From NCBI GenBank assembly GCA_041752695.1, contig JBGSVZ010000098.1, positions 1 through 64,000 on the forward strand: a stretch of 64,000 nt of DNA, given 5' to 3'. The DNA is from Terrimicrobiaceae bacterium. GTDB lineage: Bacteria > Verrucomicrobiota > Verrucomicrobiia > Chthoniobacterales > Terrimicrobiaceae. Each line of letters starts with the position of its first letter. The first letter of the stretch is position 1. The translations under genes and the position numbers were made by a program. The notes below the pieces were generated by a model that worked only from the letters and a program-made list of their open reading frames with translations, was not told the DNA's origin and did not search any database. This document shows, piece by piece, positions 1 through 8,100 of this stretch.

Positions 1-1
1 C

Positions 2-145
2 GGCAAAGGCTACGAAGACTGCGACCGCCGAATCCCCAACGTGGACAAAGCCCGCAACTTGCTGGGCTGGAAATCGGAGCACGACATGGACTCCGTTCTT
101 TTCCACACCATGAAATACTTCGTCGATAAACACCGCGCGAAATAG
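2..145 (+). CDS. 3' end of an NAD-dependent epimerase/decarboxylase (ArnA C-terminal / UDP-apiose-xylose synthase-like); partial
   Basis: Manual translation GKGYEDCDRRIPNVDKARNLLGWKSEHDMDSVLFHTMKYFVDKHRAK*, TAG at 143-145. The GxGYxDxxxRxP..LGW pattern is typical of this family. Confidence 0.65.
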   Translation, partial: GKGYEDCDRRIPNVDKARNLLGWKSEHDMDSVLFHTMKYFVDKHRAK

Positions 146-196
146 GAAACACGAATCTTTGGTCTGATCGGGAAAGCCGGCGTTGAAGAGCCCACG

Positions 197-2158
197 ATGA
201 CATCGGTTTCCGGTTTTCCCTCGGCTTTGGGTCGCTGGATCCGAGGCCTTTCCGCCACCGGGCGGTGGCGGCTGGCTTTTGGTGTCGTCGCGCTGGTTTT
301 GGCCGTGATCCTGGTCTTTGCCGCCAAGCCGTGGGACATCGCCGCCCGCGCCGGTTCCTCCTTAAAGTTTAAGGACATCGTGCGAATGTATTCCTGGTGG
401 GCGGCCCTGGTGAATTTTGGCGGGGTCCTTCTGCTCCTGGCGATCTGTCCTTGGTGGGCTCGCGGGGAAGGGGAGGAGACTTGCGCCCGGGATCCCTTGC
501 CGCGCTGGTTCTGGCCGTTGGTGGGCCTCGCAATGCTCATCACCGCGGGCTGCGCGTCTTTGCGGCTGAACCACAGTCTTTGGGATGATGAGGAGTATGC
601 TTTGCGGCGCGGCGTGTTGGGCGCCTATGAGCGGAAAGGGGATAAGCCGGTGACCCTGGACCGGCTCACCTGGCAGGAAACTTTTTTTGCCTACAAAAAG
701 CCGACCAACCATGTGTTTTACAGCATCCTGGCCCGGCTGACCCTGGGAGCCTGGTCGCTCGTTGCTCCCCACGGACATCCCTATTTTTCCGAGTGGGTCT
801 ATCGTTTGCCGGCTTATCTGGCGGGAATTGCTTCGGTGGGCGCGCTGGCATTTTTACTGGCGGACTTCGGCTTTGCCGGGGCGGGAGTGGTGGCGGCATT
901 CCTTCTTGCGCTTCATCCCTGGCATTTGCGCTACGCCAGCGAGGCGAGGGGATATTCGCTGATTCTCCTCCTCATTCCGCTTTTGCTCCTCGCGTGGAAA
1001 CGAGGCATGGAGTCGGGAAGTTGGCGGGCGTGGGCGGCGTTCGGGGTGGGCCAATTTGCCCTGCTGCACACCTGGCCCGGCATGGTGTATCTCCTGCTGA
1101 TCGTCAATATTCTGACGCTGCTGGTCTTTCTCCTGGGAGGTGCTCCGCGAAAGTGGTCAGGCCGGTGGTTTATTTCCACCGCGCTGGCCGGATTGCTGGT
1201 GGTCCAGTTGATGCTTCCGCTCCTGCCCCAGATGCGCGAATACCTCGGCGGGAATTCGCCGCACATGGGCTTCTTCGCCGGGGAACGGTGTCGGGTGATT
1301 TTCGGGCATCTGGCGTTGGGCGCGCCCTGGAAGCTGAAAGGTGATGGCGTTTATCCAGAAATCTATCCCGGGATTATTTCCGACCCCGGGCTTGCCTCGG
1401 TTCTCGGCATCCTTGGGCTGCTCCTCGTTCTCGTCGGCGCGGTCCTGTTTGCGAAACGCGGCCCGCTCGCCCTCGTGACCGGAACCGTTCTCCTGCTGGC
1501 CCCCCTTCTGGCCGGGCTCCATGCCTGGTGGCGCAACTTTCCGGTTTTCGAGTGGTATTTTGTCTATGGGATTCTGGCCATCTGCGGGTTTGCCGCGGTG
1601 GCCCTCGTCGGGCTGGGGGAGCGTCTGGCGGCACTTGGCGGAGTTCGTGCGCTGACCCTTCTGCCCGCGGGGGCGGCGATCCTGGGTTTTGGGATTTTGT
1701 CCCATCCCGTGCGGGACTGGCACCTGCGTCACCCGCTGCAGCAGATCCGCGAGTCCGTGGCGTCCACCCGTCCCATCGCGGCCCCGCTGGACGCTTCGCA
1801 GGATGGCATCATCACGGTGGGGTTTGTCATTGCGCCGCATGTCTATGATGCCCAGGTCATCATCGCCAAATCGCCGGAAAAATTTTTCAACCTGCTTCGG
1901 CGGGCCGATGCGGAAAACAAACCGCTCTATGTCAATGTGGGCCATCCCTGGACGGCCAACCGGGAGTGTCCGGTGCAGTGGGCCGCCATTCACGACACGA
2001 GCCTCTTTGAGCCCCCGGTCATGTTTCGCGGACTCGATTCCGGACTGGACCGGGTGGTGGCCAAATACCGCCCTGGGGCCATGGCGACGTATCAATTCCG
2101 CAGCGAGCGCATCCCCTTGCCCCCCGGGGAGTGGCCGGGTTCGGCGAGGGACGAGTAA
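197..2158 (+). CDS. Polytopic GT-C (ArnT/PMT-like) glycosyltransferase
   Basis: 653 aa, many TM segments, SLWDDE loop motif, HPWHLRYASEARGYS motif. Confidence 0.75.
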   Translation: MTSVSGFPSALGRWIRGLSATGRWRLAFGVVALVLAVILVFAAKPWDIAARAGSSLKFKDIVRMYSWWAALVNFGGVLLLLAICPWWARGEGEETCARDPLPRWFWPLVGLAMLITAGCASLRLNHSLWDDEEYALRRGVLGAYERKGDKPVTLDRLTWQETFFAYKKPTNHVFYSILARLTLGAWSLVAPHGHPYFSEWVYRLPAYLAGIASVGALAFLLADFGFAGAGVVAAFLLALHPWHLRYASEARGYSLILLLIPLLLLAWKRGMESGSWRAWAAFGVGQFALLHTWPGMVYLLLIVNILTLLVFLLGGAPRKWSGRWFISTALAGLLVVQLMLPLLPQMREYLGGNSPHMGFFAGERCRVIFGHLALGAPWKLKGDGVYPEIYPGIISDPGLASVLGILGLLLVLVGAVLFAKRGPLALVTGTVLLLAPLLAGLHAWWRNFPVFEWYFVYGILAICGFAAVALVGLGERLAALGGVRALTLLPAGAAILGFGILSHPVRDWHLRHPLQQIRESVASTRPIAAPLDASQDGIITVGFVIAPHVYDAQVIIAKSPEKFFNLLRRADAENKPLYVNVGHPWTANRECPVQWAAIHDTSLFEPPVMFRGLDSGLDRVVAKYRPGAMATYQFRSERIPLPPGEWPGSARDE

Positions 2159-2176
2159 GGGGCGGATTCGTCGTGG

Positions 2177-3131
2177 CCTTTGCCTTGATTCCAATCCCCG
2201 GGCGGGCAAGATTGACGAAATTTAAGGGCGGCCCGGCCGATGCTTTGCCTTGATTCCAATCCCCGGGCGGGCAAGATATTCACCGAATTTCCGCCGTCCC
2301 CATCCCTGCTTTGCCTTGATTCCAATCCCCGGGCGGGCAAGATGGAGAAGGCCAGGACGGTCCCCCACTTACTGCTTTGCCTTGATTCCAATCCCCGGGC
2401 GGGCAAGATAGGCAGGCAGCGCCATGAAGCCTGTCGTCGCTTTGCCTTGATTCCAATCCCCGGGCGGGCAAGATATGAATTCGCGACGGCCGCGCAGGGA
2501 ACACGCTTTGCCTTGATTCCAATCCCCGGGCGGGCAAGATTGGGCTTGAACTCAAGCAAAGCTCCCGCGTGCTTTGCCTTGATTCCAATCCCCGGGCGGG
2601 CAAGATTAACTTTGCCAAATATGCCTTCGCTCAGTTGCTTTGCCTTGATTCCAATCCCCGGGCGGGCAAGATGGCTTCAACCGTGTCGACAGCCTCTTCT
2701 TCGCTTTGCCTTGATTCCAATCCCCGGGCGGGCAAGATGAGGCAGCGGAATTTGCCTAGCCATCGCAAGCTTTGCCTTGATTCCAATCCCCGGGCGGGCA
2801 AGATTACGGGGTCCAGCACACGATGGACCGCGCGCTTTGCCTTGATTCCAATCCCCGGGCGGGCAAGATGATGAAGTTGAGATTTCAAAAGCCTCCTAGC
2901 TTTGCCTTGATTCCAATCCCCGGGCGGGCAAGATCGAGACATGAGGGCAGCGAACTTCGGGCTGCTTTGCCTTGATTCCAATCCCCGGGCGGGCAAGATG
3001 TGACGGTGGTAAGGGATAAGGCCGGGAAGGCTTTGCCTTGATTCCAATCCCCGGGCGGGCAAGATGCCCGAACTGGAAAGGCCTTCCCTTCTTGTGCTTT
3101 GCCTTGATTCCAATCCCCGGGCGGGCAAGAT
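2177..3131 (+). CRISPR. Type II-C CRISPR array: 15 repeats (36 bp, GCTTTGCCTTGATTCCAATCCCCGGGCGGGCAAGAT) and 14 unique spacers of 29-30 bp
   Basis: Repeats start at 2177 (G>C variant), 2242, 2308, 2374, 2439, 2505, 2571, 2637, 2703, 2769, 2834, 2899, 2964, 3030, 3096. The + orientation is inferred from complementarity to the + strand tracrRNA anti-repeat. Confidence 0.99.
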
Positions 3132-3188
3132 CGCTGTGGCCAACTGGCTGATTATCAGGCAGTTGGCCTCTTTCTTGCCCGGAGGTTT
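3132..3188. promoter_or_regulatory. CRISPR leader with a 31-bp near-palindrome (two IHF-consensus sites; possible bidirectional terminator)
   Basis: GGCCAACTGGCTGATTATCAGGCAGTTGGCC at 3138-3168. TATCAGGCAGTTG (+) and AATCAGCCAGTTG (-) both match WATCARNNNNTTR. TCTTTCTT follows. Confidence 0.6.
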
Positions 3189-3524
3189 TCACCAAAACTG
3201 CGCTTGTTCGGGCAGCTCTTCCGGGGAGATCGGGCTGGCTGGGGCTCCGTGGATGACAAAACTTCGTTCCCATTGCGCCCTCGTTACGAAGATAGCACGC
3301 ACGCTCCCTTCCGGCGGGAGGTTCTTCTTTACGCGGTCGATGTGGGTCTCCTGCCGGGCGAAGGTGACGCAGGCCCGGGCATAGACACTGAATTGCAGCA
3401 TCAGGTAACCATCATCCTTGAGCCACTCGCGGAAATCGGTAGCGGCTTTCCGCTGGGCTTTGGAGCCGACGGGGAGGTCGAAGGCGACGATCAACCAGCC
3501 CATTTTGAATTTTTCGGTGTCCAT
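3189..3524 (-). CDS. cas2: CRISPR-associated Cas2
   Basis: MDTEKFKMGWLIVAFDLPV..FREWLKDDGYLMLQFSVYAR, 111 aa; start overlaps the cas1 3' end. Confidence 0.95.
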   Translation of the reverse strand: MDTEKFKMGWLIVAFDLPVGSKAQRKAATDFREWLKDDGYLMLQFSVYARACVTFARQETHIDRVKKNLPPEGSVRAIFVTRAQWERSFVIHGAPASPISPEELPEQAQFW

Positions 3525-4411
3525 GGCTTGTAGAGCCGGGGGTCGGCGGCGAGGACGGCCCGGCGGAAACCCCGTACGCTGCCTTCGATGCAGCCGCGCA
3601 CGTCGAGTTCGAGGCCGAGATATTCCACGCGTTCCAGAGGAAATCCGGTGACCCAGCGGCGGAATTCGGCAGTAACATCCCACCCGTTTTCGCCGGGTGT
3701 CTCACGGTGAACCCACTGGGCGACCCGCCAGTCCACGCAGGGACGGAAGGGCTCCATGAGGTCGTAGGCGAGGGGAGTCGATCGTTCGCGGGCGACATGG
3801 GAAATGCCGAAGGTGGGGTCGATACCGACACCCTAGAGTTTTTGCAGGATGGTGGAGAGAAGAACGGCATAGCCGTAGTTGAGCAGGCCGTTGAGGCCGG
3901 GCAGGGAACGTTCGCGGGAGAAATCTTTTTCGCCCAGGCTGCGGCCGAAGACCTGCCAGAAAAGTTTAGCACAGTGCGCTTCCTTGTGGGGCTTGCGGCT
4001 GGCGGCTTCGCTGGCGAGGGCGGGCAGGGCGATGTCCGTGGGGGCAAGGTGGGCGGCCAGTGAACTTTGGTTGCGGCATTTGGCATCGACGGTGAGTTGC
4101 CAGAGGCGGGCGCGTTTTTTCTCGTCGAGACTGAGTTGGGCGCGGGAGAGGAGGGTATCGGTGGAACGGTTGGCCGGCAGGACGAGAGAGACAGGTTTGA
4201 AGGCCTCGCAGATGATGAGGGCCACGCCGTGTTTGGCCGCTTCGAGGAAGAGGTTGCTGTGGATCTGGGCCGAGAAGCTGGTGATGATGATGGAGGCGAC
4301 GTCTTCGAGGGGAAGACGTTTCTCGCCGTCGGCGGTCTTGCAGGTCAATTGCCCGTCCCGGCAACTCAGGGAGGCTTGCGGCGAGTCGATGTTGACGATG
4401 TGGAAGCTCAC
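3491..4411 (-). pseudogene. cas1: Type II Cas1 interrupted by an in-frame TAG at 3833-3835
   Basis: The two ORF-track pieces are in the same frame: ..NGLLNYGYAVLLSTILQKL*GVGIDPTFGISHVARERSTPLAYDLMEPFRP. Likely GTG start (MSFHIVNID) at 4411. Confidence 0.92.
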
Positions 4412-4450
4412 GACGGTAAAAGCGGGAACAGCGGAAACCATGCGCCCCCT

Positions 4451-5074
4451 TCAGTCGTCGGGGATGAGGCTTTCAGGCAGGGCGAGAAATTCCGTGCCGG
4501 TTTCCGCGCGCCAGCGCACACGGCCGTCTTCGAGGATAGCAGTGATCACACCGCGCAGCGTGCCTTTGAGGGTTTTTACGCGGTCTCCGGGTTGGTAAGT
4601 GGCAGATTCCGAAAGGGATTCGACGATGGAAATCATCGCCTCGCGGTCGAGCACCCCCGCGATGTAGTGTGCGATGGCGGAGCCGACTTCGCGTTTTCGC
4701 GTGGCGGGAAGTTCGCTGAAAAGAGCGAGGGCCAGTTCACGTCCGATAAAGGAGAACGTGTTTCCGTTGAAAAACAAAAAGGGCGCACCGCGGTGGCACG
4801 CCCTGAGGAAGTCGATGGTTTCGGCGAGAGTCAGGTGCCGCCTGCGGGTTTCTTCCCACTCTGCTTCGCGCGCTGCTCCAGTCTCCGAGTTAATTCCATG
4901 CTGTGCTCCACCTCTCGCGCACGCTCGCTGGTTGATGCCGACGATAGACTGCCAGTCCCAGTTCGTGAGAAAAGGGGCTCGGGCTTGAAACGGTGAACGT
5001 TCTCCTCCGCCGCCTTGGCGATGTCGTCCGCCGTCAGGTGCTCCAGAAGATCCAGCCGTAGTTTCATTGTCCAT
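4451..5074 (-). CDS. Doc/Fido-like protein with a degenerate motif plus a C-terminal KOW/SH3-like domain; start uncertain
   Basis: CHRGAPFLFFNGNTF resembles HPFxDGNxRT; Doc-like helices IVGINQRACARGG and IAGVLDREAMISIV; tail PGDRVKTLKGTLRGVITAILEDGRVRW. Confidence 0.6.
   Translation of the reverse strand: MDNETTAGSSGAPDGGRHRQGGGGERSPFQARAPFLTNWDWQSIVGINQRACARGGAQHGINSETGAAREAEWEETRRRHLTLAETIDFLRACHRGAPFLFFNGNTFSFIGRELALALFSELPATRKREVGSAIAHYIAGVLDREAMISIVESLSESATYQPGDRVKTLKGTLRGVITAILEDGRVRWRAETGTEFLALPESLIPDD
4831..5067 (-). CDS. 78-aa charged helical protein nested out of frame in the Doc-like ORF; candidate antitoxin
   Basis: ATG start, protein-like composition (MKLRLDLLEHLTADDIAKAAEE..), preceded by TTGCTA-N17-CAAGTT. 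Confidence 0.55.
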   Translation of the reverse strand: MKLRLDLLEHLTADDIAKAAEENVHRFKPEPLFSRTGTGSLSSASTSERAREVEHSMELTRRLEQRAKQSGKKPAGGT

Positions 5075-5196
5075 CAACTTGACGCCTGGTGGACACATTA
5101 GCAAGCCGACAGGATGGCTGGCGAGAAGATTGCTTCTGCCTCATGGCGTGGGTGGAGGATCGTTGGGCGGCCACTCGGTTGGCTAAATGTGGGAAA

Positions 5197-8100
5197 TTAA
5201 ATAGGCGATTTGGCTTTTGTGGCGGTGTCTGCCCCGCTGAGGGGAATGGTTAAGACTTCCATCTTGCACTTAAGGAGGGTGGCCAATTTGACGTTCTGAA
5301 AGCACCCCGGCTGTTTTCGATAAAGTATCTTATCTGGTGGACTCATATCTACGAGAAATCCATCACGCTGATTGAGGGTCGTCCCTCGGATCATCCACAT
5401 TCCGCGATACTGTTTGCTGGGAGCATCCAAGGGGACCTGAATTAATGTACCCTTGCGTATAATTCGCACAGGTTTTCCCGAGTTGGCTTCGCGGAGGGCT
5501 TTGAGCTGATGCCAGATTTTGTGTGGGCGAATGATTGTGGGTTCGGGGTCGAGGGCGAGGCCGAAGTTGTCGCCTAGCACTTTGACGGCTTTGATTTTCT
5601 TGAGCTTGGCGTTGGCGAGGTCGCCTTCGGGAGCGAAGCCGAGGAGGGCGCTCTTGTCTTTGATGTCGTAGACCCATTGCCAGGTCTTGGTCTGGCGGAG
5701 GGTTTTTCCGCCTGTACTGCCGTCTTCTTCGCTGGCGGAGCGGCGTTTGCGGCAGATGATGAGGGCGGTGGCGGCGTCGGGTTTGGGTGCGGTGATATTG
5801 GCTTGGGCGAGCCAGCGGGCGAGTCGCTGGGAATTAGGGTGGTTGTCGGTGGGGTCGAAGACGCGCCAGACGGTTTCCTTGGAGGAGAGGCCGGAGAGGT
5901 CGGAGGGCATGTGCTGTACGACGCGGCGTTCGGTCAGGCACTGGCGGATTTGAGTTTTGAGGGTGCCGGGGAGGTCGGCTAGATTGACGCGGCCACTGGC
6001 GTCGCGGTGGAATAGGGTGCCGAGGGAGAGAAGCTGCTTTTGTTCTCCTTCGGCAAGTTTCCGTTTGATGAGCAGCTCCCAGACGCCGCCGTCGCGCGGG
6101 AGGAAATGGGAGCCGAATGCCAGAACGCTGGCATCGACCGCGTGGTGGAGATGGGTGATGCTCCGCACTTCGGTTTTGGTGGTTTCCTCGGCGATGGCGG
6201 GGTTGGCCGCGCTGAGGCAGCCGAGGAGTCGCCAGCTTTTGCGTATGCTGCCGGTGACGGCTCCGGGTAGGGAGGTGATGACGGGAGGATGTGCGGCGGA
6301 GAGGTAATTTTTCTGAAGAATTTGGGCTCCGAGGCGGACGAGTTGGGAGGTCTTGGTGAGGTCGCCGGGGGTGAATTCCTTTTCGACGTAATCGTGGAGT
6401 TGCAGGAGGCGCTTGCGGTTTTTTTTGCGGCGTTTGTCGTCGTCGTGGCCTTTGAAGGATTCGAGGGCGTCCACATCTTTGGCAAACTGGGTGAGGGGTT
6501 TGATGTGAACTTGGGGCAGGCCGGGCACGGGATGGCTTTGAAATTCTTCGATGAACTGCACGGCGGTGCGCTTGCCTTTCATCTTGTTGACTTCGGAAAA
6601 GGTGACGGCGAGGGAGTCGAGGCTGTCGCTGGGTCGGAGGCTGCGGGGGATGATATGGTCGAGGTCCACGCGACGGTGGTGGAGATCGAAGGCGTCGTAT
6701 GCCTTCCCGGTGTAGGGACAGGTCCAGCCGAGATCTTCGGCAATGCGGGCTTTGCGGATGAGGCCGGGGCCGATCTTGATGTTTTTGCCCTCGAAAGCGG
6801 CTTCGAGTTTTTTGACGACGGATTTGAAGTTGTAGAGACGTTGGTTTTGATCCTTGGCGACTTCCTGAGTGGTCTTGCCGGAGAGTTCGCGGAGGTCGCG
6901 ATTCACTTCGATGGTGATTTTGCCGATGCGGTCGCGGTTCTCGGCGGCGTAGGAGGCGATGAGGTCGTGATGGAGGCGGTCGAGGATTCTGAGGCGGTGG
7001 CGGACGAGGTGGTTGTTGGTCTGGTCGTCGATGGCGCGCTGGAGCTGGGCGCTGCGGATGGCTTCGCTGCGGTAGAGGGGGCCGCCTTCTTCGGCGGGGT
7101 GGCGGTCGGTGGACAGGACGAAGTCGAAGACTTCGGCCATGAGGGCGCGGGTGTGGGGGGCGCGGCCGGAGGCGGGTTCGACTTGAAGGATGGTGGCAAG
7201 AAGGCCGTCGTGGGAGAGGGGTTTCGTGTTTTTGCGACGTCGGGTGGTGGCGGTGTCGAGGTGAACGGCTAGGGCGGAGTCGAGGGCGGCGGTGGCGCCG
7301 CCGAGCCAACCGCGAATGGTGGTGAGGGAGAGACGGGTTCCGCGGCGGAGTTGGCCCCGGAGGCGTTTGAGAAGGTTGTCAGGCAGGGTGGCGAAGACCG
7401 AGGAATAATCGCCCGAGTTGATGAGACGCTGGACGGGGTCGAGAATGAGGGCTTTTTCGGCGTCGGGGTGGAGGAGCATCTGGTCGAGATTGTCGGAGGC
7501 TCCGCCAGTGAGGGCGCGGACGGCTTTTTTAAGTTCGCCTTTGGTGAAATAGCCGCGGGTTTGGATTTGCTGGTGGAGGGTGTGGCGTTCGGCAGAGGTG
7601 AGTCGGCGGAGGCCGGAGGCGGAGACGATCTGGATGTTGGCGAGTTGCATGGCCCAGCGGTAGCGGTAGAAATCCGGGCAGTGGGCGGAGGGAACTTTGC
7701 TAAGCTTTTCGGCTTGGCGTCTGGCGGCGGATTCGTCGCCGGTGTCGGCAAGGAGGCGCTGGTAGTGGCGCTCGAAGGAAATCGGGCAGGTGGCCACGAT
7801 GCGGTTGTCAAAGCGGGGGACAAGCTGGCCGAAAAGCAGGCCGCCACAGTAGCGGGCGGGGAGGCGGATCTGGTCGCAGGGAATGGCGGTCCAGTCGCTG
7901 AGGAGGGCCGATACGCACGTTTCGTCAACAGACGTGAGAGTAGCGATGTGAGCCTCCAGGATGGCTTTTACTTCCCTGACGACTTGCTCGCGCGGGAAGG
8001 CGGCATTTTGGGCTTTCGGGCGACTTTTTTTGTCGGGGAGATGGGTGGATGATTTGGGGCCAAGAGGGTCGAGGCCGGAGAGATCGCACCAGACTTCGGC

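Noticed and set aside
2092..3273. ORFs with repeating LCLDSNPRAGK / ILPARGLESRQS units
   Set aside because: These are translations of the CRISPR repeats, not proteins.
3833..3835. Alternative genetic code (TAG recoding)
   Set aside because: Several intact genes end in TAG (e.g. sdhB, the L,D-transpeptidase, tatA), and no other internal TAG was noticed.
5120..5162. GAAGATT-GCTTCTGCCT..GGGTGGAGGAT as a degenerate repeat (scaRNA/CreA-like mini-array) upstream of the cassette
   Set aside because: Similarity is limited to about 9 gapped nt and it would pair poorly with the anti-repeat; not distinguishable from chance.
6560..6670. Cas9 HNH with DSLDSLAV instead of DSxxNxV, suggesting a nickase or dead domain
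   Set aside because: The catalytic DH and the later Asn (VNKMKG) are present. As I recall, Ser at this position also occurs in Akkermansia-type Cas9.
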